NCBI GenBank assembly: GCA_000934665.2
Contig: KZ538957.1
Coordinates: 1-38,623, forward strand
Direction of reading: 5' to 3'
DNA length: 38,623 bases
DNA from: Catajapyx aquilonaris
Taxonomy: Eukaryota
Shown: piece by piece, positions 12,693 through 25,003 of the stretch
How the letters are laid out: the number at the start of each line of letters is the position of its first letter
Position numbering within the stretch: position 1 is the first letter of the stretch
The notes under the pieces: generated by a model
Database searches by the model: none
The model's input: only the letters and a program-made list of their open reading frames with translations
What the model was told of the DNA's origin: nothing
Program-made: the position numbers and the translations under genes

Positions 12693-13366
12693 CAGTTGAC
12701 TCCGGATATAACAGCATCGGTTATAATGGACTTTCTGTTATAACAGACTCGAAAGACCGGTCCAGGCAGACTTCCATAAGGCTCTGTGTATTTTCGCTCC
12801 TGATATACTGTAACTTACTCATTTTCACCTCACCTCTCCTATAACATACCATTTTTTGGCCAATCGGAAGGAAAATATGCTGTTTTTTATTATTCAACTT
12901 CTTTCCCATGCGAAGGAAGGCAGAGAATAATACTGGAGCGGGGGTGATTTTCGCATCTGTCACTGATCTAAGCTACTAATAAAAATTATACTTTTTCTAA
13001 TATTGGCAATAAGGGGACGACAGAAGAAAATTACGGATATTCTTGCTGATCCTGGCGAACTAATTTTACATATTTGTGGATAGTTTCATTAATGTATGTG
13101 CTAGGCTCAAACCCCGAATACGCCCATTGGGCGAAAAAACCGTACATTCTGCAGAATGCTCTATGTCAAACCGTCCATTCTGCAGAATGCTCCTTTTCGA
13201 ACCATTCTGCAGAATGGACGACCAGACCCCGAAATGCTTTTTATTAAAGGCCAGAACGCTTTCGTGGAACTAAACTTAAACATCAGGACGCCAATTTCGT
13301 TGCAATTTGGCTATAACAGACTCATTTCATCAGTCCCTTGAAGTCTGTTACATCCGGATTCAACTG
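12693..13366. mobile_element. pogo/Tigger-like non-autonomous element
   Basis: TA|CAGTTGACTCCGGATATAACAG ... CTGTTACATCCGGATTCAACTG|TA, with subterminal TATAACAG repeats. CAGT ends with a TA TSD are typical of pogo/Tigger. Confidence 0.85.
13145..13216. repeat. Three copies of the 14-bp palindrome CATTCTGCAGAATG
   Basis: Exact copies at 13145, 13176 and 13203. Confidence 0.95.
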
Positions 13367-13809
13367 TATTAAATAATGATAATAATGTAAAATATATGTG
13401 GAAGAACTATGTCATGGTTGGGTAGGAAAGTGAGAGGAGCCAGAAATAGAACACGCATGGCTATCATAAAACATGTATGGGGCCCTGGATTTATTTTAGT
13501 CGCAGGTATGAATTGCAAGTCTCATTATTTAAAATATTATCGTTTCTAAAGTATTTCTGTATCGTGTTAAAAATTGAGAGTTCCATTCATGTGTAAGCCA
13601 GCAGTGTTATAACACCTGTTTTATATGATACCACAATTCATCACACATTATGGCCATTCACATGGCACGAAACTTTTGTTCCGTATAAATGTCTTTATTG
13701 TTTACCATGGAATCAGGCTATCCACATCTATAACAGTGATGACGTGAGTGATAACTTCTGACGCCAGATTCTGAATCAAGTTATTACACAAATTCCTCAT
13801 GACCTGGAT

Positions 13810-14084
13810 CAGCCCCTGACACTCCTACCCCAGCCATGCAGACCCCCGTGACCTTAGTTACTCCTACCTGTAGGGAGTGAGGTTGGCGACTAGGCGCTGT
13901 TGGCTGTTGTAGTGGCCAAGAGTGTGGCGATCCTGGCGGCGCGGCGGACGAAGCCACACTCTTGACCACTACAGCAGTACAGCAGCGCCTAGTCGGCAAC
14001 CCCACTTTCTACTGGTGTGAACTGATAACGGGACGCGATAAGAGGGGGAGTTTCCAGGCCTGTATACTGTATTTTAAGACCGTG
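13810..14084 (+). mobile_element. Family B hAT-like element with an internal hairpin
   Basis: 8-bp TSD ACCTGGAT (13802-13809) / ACCTGGAC (14085-14092). Same termini as 8688-8904. Inverted arms at ~13867-13929 and ~13954-14015. Confidence 0.85.
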
Positions 14085-14671
14085 ACCTGGACATACCACT
14101 TGTTATTAACAAACTTGCTTCACCTACCCAAGTTTTCCATTGACTGCCCACATATCCCGCAATGTCCCCGCAATTACCATGCACAACACGACCAGCCATC
14201 ATCACCACTGACTCTAGAAGAAACCTGAACCGCAGTTATCGTCCTCCACCTGCTTTAATCACGGTCAATTAACCCAACGACCCCCTTCATTTCCCAGCCA
14301 AGCCCCATCCCTGACGAAACCCTGCCTCGCAGCAAAGTGTGTTATTACGGTATCTTTAGCCAGTAGAGAAAAGACTATTAGGCTGCTGCTGGGGGGATCA
14401 AGAGAGATAACCGGTAAAGGTAATTAGCTTAATGCCGTATCAGTGTCGGCACTCGGGAATGACTTCTAAGCTTCATGGGCGTGTCGAATAGGCCTGCCCT
14501 CTGATGATGAAATGATGCAAAGGACTGGCTCCGGAGCAAATTGAAGGGAACTTTTTAACGGCAGCCCCTTTTCCTCTTCAATGGACGCTAGCGCGGGCTC
14601 TTCTTGTGGAAAGACCGTCTTTGCTTTCCATGGTTTGATTGAAGCCGTCCAGGGCGAAGGAGCAAGAATCC

Positions 14672-14731
14672 AAGGAAGGAAGGAGGGAGGGAGGGAGGGA
14701 GGTAGGCAGGGCTCTTGGTGGGTGGGTGGGG
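14672..14731 (+). repeat. (GGAA)/(GGGA)/(GGGT) tract, G-quadruplex-capable
   Basis: GGAAGGAAGGAGGGAGGGAGGGAGGGAGG..GGTGGGTGGGTGGGG. Confidence 0.8.
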
Positions 14732-16506
14732 AGTCAATCTTGTAAAGCACTTTTTTATGTTGGGAGATGTAACTGGCGGTTTATTATTTTAATGCGGAAA
14801 GTTTGGGTGTACTTAGCCTGGCAGAGTGATTACCGAATAAAGTTTACAACTTCTTCATTAAGCTAATAGGAACGGGGGAGTGGGGGTACGTCCTGAAAAT
14901 TTTACATTGCGGTTTATTAAGGTGATTGCACAGTGTCCTAGACTCCGCCTACCACTGCTGTTTATTTATGTATTTATTTATTTAAAGGTAATATTTGTAG
15001 TTATTATGCTGCCCTTTGTAATGCAGTCTGACAACAAGCTGTCATTTGAATGTTACTACTATTGATGTTCATCTCATTGATATCCTAACCATGCCTGTGT
15101 AAAATTCTGTACATTACCAAACACCAAATGTGTATTATGGATGGATCTGCAGTCAATATCGGAGTCAATTTACAACGTAAATGAATGAGGGAAGAATTCC
15201 TGGTACGCTGAAGGGCCTATGCAGTGCCATACAGTCCACTATAAACGGGAAAATTTTTTACTTGCCATACCAGCTGACTCGTTTGAATTAATAAGGTTGG
15301 GAACGGAACATGAATGACCAGCCCAGCTCTTATTTCGATGAAATATATCTTTTACTGTTAGTTAATAATTATTTACAGACAATTAATATGCGAAATGAAA
15401 TTAATGCTACTTCATCTTTGACAGTGCAAGCTTGTTACTTTCAATGTACCTTACTGCCAACCAACTCATGGTAGTTTGGAAAGGAGCATTATTTCTCTCC
15501 GAGAAAATATCAAACCTTTGGGATATAGATCCCCAAAAGCCCTTTGTTATTATTTCTTCCTGAATGAAGTTACTCCAGTCCCGTTATAGAAACTCATTCC
15601 TATTTTAGCGGTATGTCGGGGGCTTTGCTTTCGTCCTCTATTCATCAAAAAACCTGCAGAGAGCCCAGAAGCTTAAATGATATGAATCAGGTGGACTAAT
15701 ACTTGGTCCAAGATATATCTGTGAATCTATCTGTTGCTCATTCACAAGCAATATGGAATAGCGCCATCTCTCGAGTCGATATTTTGCATATGGCATGAAA
15801 GTGCTTGCAGCGTGGGAGATAGATATGCAGGGTATAATATATGGGCCTCCTTTCCGTCGTTTTGAGATCAACTGAGCTGCGAGTTTTGGTTGCATGGATG
15901 GGCTTCATTCAAGGATCCGTTTCCGCGGACCTTTAGCCAATACACACTCTCCCGATTCCGGAGCCTTCACACGTTTAATGAAGCCTGATGATGCGATTTC
16001 GCGATAAATTGAGAGAGGCTCAAGATGTATGGAGAGGGGCTCAGGCTTTGGAGTAGCCTTCATGGGAGGCTGATATTCAGATACGTGCATTTGGGTTTGC
16101 AGGAAACTTTATCTGTAGCTGCAGTTTCATAATGTAAACTTTGTCGACGGGCAGAACTGTTATGCAGGGTGTACACGACAAGATTTGAAGCTCCTGTTAT
16201 CATCGGGCATGTAGTTTTGAATTGCTTTGGGCCAGCACGACGGTGTTGTGTACAAGCCGAATCGAGGCATTTGCATGCAGCAACGGTACCGTTAATAACA
16301 TCTATGTGGTCCATGAAGTTTCGGATACTCAGCTTCTAAAATTTGCTCACAATATACCGAATGCTAATTCGCAAAGTATGACAAAAAATGCCAAATCTCT
16401 ACGAGAGATCAGAAATATTTTATGCCGACAGCATGTAATTTCATAATTTTTTCTAGAGTGTACTTTGTGTTGTCTGCCTTCCTCCTCCTAAAAGGACTGG
16501 TCCTAA

Positions 16507-16570
16507 AGCTATGTTCACACTAGGGCGTTTAAAACGTGCGCAGCGTTCCCATTCACCAATAGGCGTTCCT
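16507..16570 (+). mobile_element. Possible PIF/Harbinger MITE terminus (orphan)
   Basis: TAA|AGCTATGTTCACACTAG resembles GGCT..TTCACACT Harbinger ends preceded by a TAA target. No partner TIR found. Confidence 0.3.
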
Positions 16571-17286
16571 CGACTTCCCCTGGGGATGACGTTGAATTGG
16601 AACACCCTGTTACAGAATTCAAGCAAGGGTCATAAATGTGAAAATTACAAGAGTAGGAACGTGCGTTTTGCGCTGCAAATTCTTGACACAATGTAATTAT
16701 TTTTGCATTACCGTCGGCCTGCCCCCCTCCCGGCCCCGCAATGGTATCAGGACGCCCCGCTTAGTAACTTTTCATAACATTACATGTCCTAGAGGGATGA
16801 AAAAGGAACCTTGGCCATCAAGTGAAAAGACTGTTGGAAATTGCATATCTGGAGTTGGGGTAATGCTTCATTCTTTCTGGCAATTAATATTCATGTGCCA
16901 ATGAATGAGCTACCTTTGATACATGTTTTTCAAATGTGTTTTCATGAAATGAAATTGTTTTTAATATTCCGCGTTAGTCGAAACAAAAGCACTACAGACA
17001 GAGGTTACCGGCTAGCCACGATTTTCATCGTATTTTATGCACTTGTTTTTCAGTGTGAAAATGTACAAAAAGTATACCTTAACGTTAATAAATGGATGGA
17101 GTCAACATGGGTTACTTTACCTAACATCACATTATTTAGAGATGAAGCCCATATGTAAACAATTTGTGACAATAAACGTAGTTGAATATAGTTCATATGT
17201 AAATATATTGAGCGAGTAATTGAGGTGACGATCATAATATTATTAGTTGTAAGTTATGTATTTTCCATTTTCTAGGTTAATTTTGC

Positions 17287-17541
17287 TGTATATGGGAGAA
17301 CACCCATGCTGGGGCTCCAAATGTGAGGGTTGACTTCCTCAGGTCATCCTTCTGATCCCGCAAGGTCACTCAGGGTCGTGGTAGTAATGGTTCAATAATA
17401 CAAGGTGTGCGGAGCGACCGTTTATTAGAGTAGCCCGCATCTCAGGCCACAACACGACTGACTCATACAAAAGAGGTCCCCCAGGTCTCCCACCCTGGCG
17501 CGTGCAGGCGCCCTCCTGCCATCTGGTAAGGGGACGTCACA
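17287..17541 (-). mobile_element. Family A repeat, copy 3
   Basis: Contains GCAAGGTCACTCAGGGTCGTGGT..CAATAATACA..TTTATTAGA and ends GGGGACGTCACA. Begins TGTA..CACCCATGCTG, as in copy 4. Confidence 0.8.
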
Positions 17542-17862
17542 AGTAACGTGTTTATTTTTTATGGACATGAAAATGTCAATTAAGTAAATGCATACTGCAA
17601 GATTACTATGAACATTTCTTGAAAAGTGATAGAGATGATTCATGTTGCAAGGTTCTAACGAGTTCATTGGAAAGCCTGAGACTTCTTTACTCTACCGCAA
17701 ATATCTTGCCGGATCATTTTGAAAGTGCCATGCAAATCTAATCATCCAATGTCAGATGGGAAGTTGCCTGTTATTGGCAGACTACACTGCCAGCAGCATG
17801 AAAAATCAAACTAATGCCTCTATAATTATATTGGTTACTATTCACATGATATTACCTATTGT

Positions 17863-18035
17863 GGGAGATGAAGTGGCGCCGCGGTAACGCGCGCGCCCAC
17901 GGATATGAAGGTCCCGGGTTCAATCCCCACCCGGGGTTCCCACCTTTATCCGTGCAGAGTTGGGCCATCTCTGGCTTCATTTCGGGTGGCAATTTCCGAT
18001 AGACTAAGCCACCCGGGGGAGTTCACAAAATGACC
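17863..18035 (+). mobile_element. tRNA-derived SINE (head resembles tRNA-Arg ACG)
   Basis: A-box-like TGGCGCCGCGG and B-box GGTTCAATCCC (~17917-17927). AGTGGCGC..GGTAACGCG..ACGGAT..GAAG follows the pattern of eukaryotic tRNA-Arg(ACG) as I recall it. The 3' motif GGGGGAGTTCACA..ATGACC is shared with the 18561-18724 copy. Confidence 0.75.
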
Positions 18036-18560
18036 GTTAGAGACATTGCACAGTCATGCACTTTGCACATCCCCTCCTACCTACCCTTGGAACACACTAA
18101 ATACTATCTTAGTATACAGGTTCCACCCAGATGGTGGTTATTCCACCCCCCTAAAGGAGATGTAACTCCCAATGGGATAATGCAAAAAAAACTTATTAGT
18201 ATTAGCTGCTGTTTACTCGTGATAAATTATTATTGCTCGTGAATCGAAATCGATTTCTGAACATTACAAAACTTCATGGAACTTCATGCAATATTGCAGT
18301 AGGCCTGCATGTCATCACTGTTGTGGAGAAAACTCACAATTCAGGGAATTGGCCTACATTATTAAGAATTACTGTCACATTTTTTAAACGTTGTACCTCA
18401 TGAGACCAGTGTCCATGTTGGGGGGGGTGGGGGTGGAATACCACCATATTTCCATTTTCTATTATTTTTTCTTTGAACTCCGGTGCAGGTAATCAAGGAC
18501 ATGGGTAATGATATGGATTTTTGGGGAGGGGACACGGGTGCAAGTGCAATGTCTGGAAAG

Positions 18561-18724
18561 GGGTCATGTGAAGTCCCCCAAGAGGTTAGGTTGCCAGACA
18601 CCTCCAAGGCGAGGGTCAGAGACCCTCCTGACGCAGGCGAATGGGAGCTCACCGGCAGGGATCGAACCTGGGACCTTTCACTCAGCAAGCCGACACGTTA
18701 CCGTCTCGGCCACCGCACCTCCCC
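18561..18724 (-). mobile_element. tRNA-derived SINE, second related copy
   Basis: The minus strand reads GGGGAGGTGCGGTGGCCGAGACGGTAACG..AAGGTCCCAGGTTCGATCCC (A and B boxes) and ends GGGGGACTTCACATGACC. Confidence 0.75.
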
Positions 18725-19466
18725 ATTAAGAATTACTGTAATTTGCGCTATCTACACTCAGATACCTGCTGCGTAATGTTTTTCTTGTGTAGAACCCGTC
18801 AATAAAGGCAATTCCATTAAAAAACGCAGGCGCTTTTCGGATTACAGAAACGGATACTTTGTGTATTTCACGCTGTTAAATATTAATAGCGGGTACGATG
18901 CGATATATCGAATCACGGTAGTGGAAAGTGGAGAGGAATGGGATGCAGAAGAGTTGACTATTTTTCTTGTTTCCGTGGCATAACGACACTGACAGGGCCC
19001 ATTGTGCTCTGTAATTACAGCATTGTACAGTACAGTATCTGTCAACATAAAGCCGGAAGAAAAACTGATTTCAGCCGTTCCAGTCATAATTTCAGGTATT
19101 TTAAAAACGCATGGTGCATCGCAACTAAAAAGGATCTATTGTTGCATTACGGTAGTGAATAGGTGGTGACACTAGGCTCAGCTTTGGAGTATCTTCAGCG
19201 TGTGGCATACTATTCTTGCCAAAAATTATGCGCAAAGGAAGAAACATTTGCTTTCCGGGAGCAGATTTAACTCAGGTTGTTATGAGAATGTGGCCAACTT
19301 ATATCTCAAAAACGTGACATTACTTGGCGATTCAATGCCACCAAATTTGAATATAGAATCATGTCACGGCGAAGTTAAAAGCCATTAGAAGCATGAACTA
19401 ACTATCAAGTGGTCCACTGAGAGGAAATCCCAGTCCACGAATGAATCCCCCTTGATGTGGTGCATG

Positions 19467-19656
19467 CTATAGATCGATCACTATATGAACGCAACCGAGT
19501 GTCCAATTTTATTACAGGGAGGAATACAGTTTGTTATAAAATTCCTGTAATAAAATTGGAAATTTTATTACAGGAATTTTATTACAAACTGTAGTCCTTC
19601 CTGTAATAAAATTGGACACTCGGTTGCGTTCATATACAGTAGTGGCCGATCTATAG
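19467..19656. mobile_element. Foldback (palindromic) MITE
   Basis: CTATAGATCG..TATATGAACGCAACCGAGTGTCCAATTTTATTACAGG mirrors CCTGTAATAAAATTGGACACTCGGTTGCGTTCATATA..CGATCTATAG, with the centre near 19560. Superfamily not assignable. Confidence 0.85.
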
Positions 19657-22600
19657 TCAGGCCATGGAGTCAGGCCTTCTCCTCATTCATCCTGACCTGC
19701 TATGCAACAGCACCCTTGTCGCACGTGTGGTATGACCTGCAGGCGCAAAAGTACACATGCCACTTTGGAAAAATCAAGATCTGTGACCTGCGCTACTAAA
19801 CATAGTGCTGAATGTCGAAAAATTGACGGAGCGTTGCATCATGAATCATCTCAATCATTTTAGCCACTTGTCTGACGCACATAATGTTATTGTTTTCTTA
19901 GAAGATTTACTGATTTGGTTATAATAATGGCAGTTCTCAATTGCTGTTTATTTACTAAAAGGTGAAACATGCGTGTCCAACAGATTTATAGTGCGTATAG
20001 ATTGGCGTGTAAATTTCCATCGCGAATATATCCCTGGGGCAAGACTATAGCGTTTTGTAGTTCCCCCCCACTCTCCAATGTGTAAAAACCTCAGCCACGC
20101 ATGTTGCGAAATTGTTTATGTATGTACATTAAATCCACTCGCTTAACGGGCAGCCGAAGTTACACTGTAATCACTCCGCAGGGAGTTGTAGCAGAGCATT
20201 TCGCTAGTTATCCACAAAAAGGGGGGGGGGTGGAGAGGGAGGGGTCCGTCGTATAATTTTGGCCCAAACTGTTGTTGGTTTGTTCAATCAAAATTATTTT
20301 CCCGGGCTAAGAGCCGAGTTGCTTAATTGCTCGCGTCGCCAGAGTCAATAGCACAATAATATTAGCCGTTATAAAAAATTTGTATGTGGCAAATTTTCGC
20401 TTCGGGCTCTGCTGTGCAATTACGGTTTGGCCTGTGGCATCGAGATTTCGATTACTTTGTCGCATATTAGCAAAGGGATGTGAAAACTGTTTACTAACCT
20501 GATATGCCGTCGTAGGTCCACCATTCCTCCCAGCTTACCCCAGAGCACACTGAAATGCACAAAAGGTCAAAGTGAAAAAAGAGACCAGAGAAATCTGTTT
20601 GTGAAAAATACAGTAGTCCAATTTTTTCAATCTACATAAATCTATTTACTTCATTGGATGTGGCATGCAAATTGGGATCCAGGACGGCGTCCTTTCATTA
20701 CAATTGGTCATTCAGGCGAAAAACGTGGCTTGCGCTTTTTTTTNNNGGGGGGGGTGGGTGGGTGGTAGTAGTAGTGGGAGGTATTTGGCACTGCTTTACA
20801 GAAATCAGCAAATATACAGTAGATGAAATTGGCGGTTTGGTAATAGAATTTTCTAAACAAAGACGGGGCCAGTTTATATGCATGCATTGCAGGGAAGCGC
20901 AGGCTGATAAACTGCATTCCCATTTGTTTTGAAGGTTTTCACAATTGAAAGGTTCATGGAATGAAAATGAAGACAAGCCTATTACATGTTGTTTTGATTG
21001 GTTTTTCGGTACATAACTTTTAAAACTTATTGCTACGCAGAACAAAGTGATTGCTGTTCAGAAGGATTTAAAAAAATTCGTGTCAACATTACGGGATTTA
21101 CCTTGTCGCATATTATACAGCATAGATTTTCTCAGCTTTAATCGTACTTTTAACTACTGTCATCATTATTGCAAAATTCGACAGGTTTTATCACCTGAAA
21201 GTGTACAAAGACAAACGCGTGACATATCCAAACTCCTGGATAAGTAGCTTTGGATCAGAGCATTAATGAATGCAGAAGTGGTTAAGTCTCCGAGGCTCCG
21301 GTACACCCCCCCAGGATTGTGGCTGAAACAACCTCAAACCCCATCCCACCCTGCTAACCCTCCACCCCATCTAACTCTCACGCAACAAAACATTTATGTC
21401 GGATGTGTTCACCGCTCACTAAAACCCCCGAGGAGGCGCGGGAAAAGTTCAGTAATTTCTGCCGTCCCGGAGCCCAGAAGGAGGTAATTTGAAGCATAGC
21501 TGCTAATTGGATCTGAAGCGAGGCGGGAAAACAATATTGCCAAAAGGGAGGGGGGGGGGGAGGGAAAAAGAGAAAGATCAGGAATTCACTTTGACCCGTT
21601 ATTTGGTCCCCTTCTGCCACCCCCTCTCTTCCCCAGCCCCTGCTCCACTTCCTTCCAAAGTTCGTTTTAGCATAAAATTGGAACCGCCATTCCTGATGAA
21701 GGACCAAAACAGAGAGGCAACAGAGTGCTTACCCCAACAAAACCCATTCCTTCTATCCACCCTATGGGAAGGAGAGGGTTGGAAAAATAGTGGAAAAAAG
21801 CCTTTTCGTGCTCTTTTTGACCAGAGTCTACAGTGAAGGAGATGGAAAAGCAGAAAAACCGTAGTGTACGTATTTGGGAATGTGAAGATGCTCTCGGTGT
21901 TTGATTGCTACCAGACACTGGGGTTTGAATACTAACTCTGGGATATCGTTACGGTATGACATTCTAAAAAAGGAGAGAATTATGACTTCTATTTCAATCC
22001 ACGTAACTCATAGTGGTGTATGGCAGCAGCCACATTATCCTTCATATCAGACCTGATCCGGCTCGTCGGGACACAGCGGCAAGACCAAGCCGGATCTACA
22101 CCTGAGATGCGCGACACCAGGTGTCATGTCAGCGCCTTCTGTATATAAGTGCCAAGTTAATTAAACCAGTTGTCAGTGTCCCCAGCTCCTCGACTCTTAT
22201 TTACACCTCGCCAAAGGGGGTAACAACAGGATTACTCTCCTGCAGTTTATAGGGTTTGAGGGTATTTTCAGCTCATTCAAAACTTGATACCAGGATACCT
22301 CGTTAATTTGTATCCCGTTTCCATACTCTTGGCTAAAGTGCAAATTGAAACATAACGTAGTGGCGTAATAGTTGACATAGCATTGTCATGAAAGGGCACC
22401 GCTTGCTGCCAGCTTCATAAGCTTCCATTTTAGGGCACTAACCACCATCTCAAGTACACCTGCAAAACGAACTGCCGAGTAACGTAATCTGCAAACAGAC
22501 TCGAGTGTTCTCGTGTCAAGACGACCAACGAAATTCCCATCTGTACTCAAAATATTGATCCCCCCCTCACCAACCCCCCCGAAAAATTACTATCTACTCG

Positions 22601-25003
22601 TAGAAACAATTGGAGCGTGCCGGATTCTCACCCGACCTCAGCTGTAGGACGGTAAAATCCGGGTTTACTTGCATGATCAGCACTTCATTTCCGTATTAAT
22701 AAGCAGGCAAGAGCTGAAGATAATTCGATAACGCGGACACAATACAACCGCAGGGTAGTGCGGTGCAGGGAGGGGGGTATGTAGCAATAGGTTCAGAACC
22801 CCCCCTAGCCCCCCCTCTGGAATGCCTGGCATGGAGCGGGGAATAGACACGTTTTGTGTAAAGCAAAGCTCCGGATTGCTTTAATCATGGCATCGAATTC
22901 TAATGGGGGAGGCATCATGATCCTGCTTCTGGATTACTGCTCGTAGCTGCGAAACCACAAACTGAAATGTCCCGGTACCACCCCTACCAGCCCCTCTCTT
23001 TTCTGGCCAAAAAAGTCAGGGTCATATTACAACGCGCAGAATGTAGTTGGAGCCAGTTCAGAGGTCCGTCCCGCAACCTAATGGAACTCAAAGCACCCAT
23101 GCGATTTTACTAGTTTGCCACCGGCCTCCACCACCCCCTGCCTTACCCCGCTGTTCGATTGCTTTCCAACTGCAAATAAACCCCCTCCGAAAGTATGTTT
23201 CACTTTACTCTGCACACTCACTCGCTGCTCTTTTTTCCTGGGGATGGGGCAAAAAGCTGCAAACTACTGTGCTCTGACTTGTGTAAACGATAGCATTTAC
23301 GGATGAGGGGATATTGACTTCACGATAGTTCCAGGCCTCCAAATGGGAGGTAGGGTTAATCACGAAACACTGCTATTAAGTACTCGTTAATTGTGTCCAC
23401 ACCCGCTTGCAAAAATCTCCGGTCTCAGTTAAAGTGCTCTAATCAGAATTAACCATACAAAAGTGCTGGAATACGGTTGATTTCTACTGGCATAGAAACC
23501 GGCATTATTTATAGCTACACTTCCGTCCATACATAAAAAAGTATGGCATACACGCAATACGTCAATAAAAATCGACAGAACAATTGGACTAAATCCAGCA
23601 GACTTCCAAAGTCCCCTGATTTATTAACGAGGTCTCTCCATGACTATCGTGCGCAAAGTTCTGAATGGCACAAGCATGACTAACAACATACCAAAAAAAA
23701 ACCCTCAAGAAATGAATGATGCGCACCTATATAGGGGTCGCCCTTAGTAACGCACCGAAGTGTACCTGTTCTTCTGTCCTTGTTCATCTCTTCATGGTCA
23801 CCAAAAAGTGAGACAGCAAGATCCGGAATATTCAATATTCACAAGAAGGTTGTACGCGCAGACATTTTTTTTAGTTCTTCTGTTTCCGTGCGGGGTGAAA
23901 TACGACTGGTGGAATCAATGAGAGTCTTGTGCGCCGTCGAGAATTCATTGACAAGTACAGGGCACGGTGAAATATGAATAGGGACTGCCTTCTGGCAGTG
24001 ACGTGGTGGCACCTTTACTTATTAAGCTCATATATCGATGCTTAGTAGGTGGGCGGGAAATCAGAATCGGGAATTGCCTGACCCATAAATTATGACTCGT
24101 ACACTACAGATTTATCGATATCCTTTGCTTATATGCTCAGGCTGAACATGAGAGGTGCTAGTTCTGTTCTGTGTATTTTTTTTAAAGAAAAACATTCTGG
24201 TACAGACACTTTGCCTCATTGCTTCTTTCAAAAATACAGAGATTGACAAATGAGACGCATGCTTTTTGGGCCAAAATGTGACTTGTCTGAACATGCAAGA
24301 AGTCAAATAACCCTACAAGTGTGCCTTGTTGAGCATCAGGACCTGACGTAACGGGTTTACTCTCTCCCTATCCACCCTACCCCCAACCTTCTTTTTCTTT
24401 CGTGAGTCCTCTCTAACTTTTACTCTCCCACTCCACTTCCACCTCCTATCAATCGATTTGCTGAACTCTGGCCCACCCTCTCCTCCTTCCCCCACCCCCC
24501 CAAAAAAGTTTTTGGACTGCAACTTTCCGCCGGAGGAAGAGGAAGTAAGGAGTTGAGGCAGGGTTAAGAGGGGAAGAAAGCACGCTCGCCACTGGTACAG
24601 GTAGCCTACTGTACCTATACACACATTGGATGTCTACAGTCTTCAGCAAAAAAAAAAAAAAAATCACACAGACACACAAAAAAGTTTGAACTTCCCACTA
24701 TTGCTCTCTAGTTAAATTAGTCGAATCCCTGCTGTTATTAGGACGCATTAACCCAAGAATGCTTGATGTTCTACATAGGAAACTTGTACTGTTGTTAGAT
24801 TGTTAGAGATTATGTTAGTTCTTCATTTGCTCGTTAAAAATATTAAACAATTTAATAGAAAATAATTCGGGCATATCGGAAAAATTTTGGGGTTCAAGGT
24901 CATACGAGCTCAGGTGAATGTGGGAGAATTGAATGGGTGTGTATTCGATGAAATTCGTAGCACTTTTTCCAAAAAAATCATGAATTAGTAATTTCCTATG
25001 CTA

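Noticed and set aside
13145..13216. CRISPR-like repeat-spacer array
   Set aside because: The repeat is only 14 bp, the spacers are 13-17 bp and mutually similar, it lies inside a eukaryotic MITE, and there are no cas genes.
17711..17725. GATCATTTTGAAAG, resembling bantam miRNA
   Set aside because: The seed GAGATCA is absent and no precursor hairpin is evident.
17863..18724. Functional tRNA genes
   Set aside because: A and B boxes are present, but the cloverleaf stems do not pair properly, no poly-T terminator follows, and the shared 3' tail points to SINEs.
21602..21614. TTTGGTCCCCTTC, matching the 5' part of miR-133
   Set aside because: The 3' half diverges and there is no complementary 5' arm upstream.
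22049..22097. GATCCGGCT / AGCCGGATC hairpin as a possible pre-miRNA
   Set aside because: The stem is only about 9-12 bp with a large loop, too short for a miRNA precursor.
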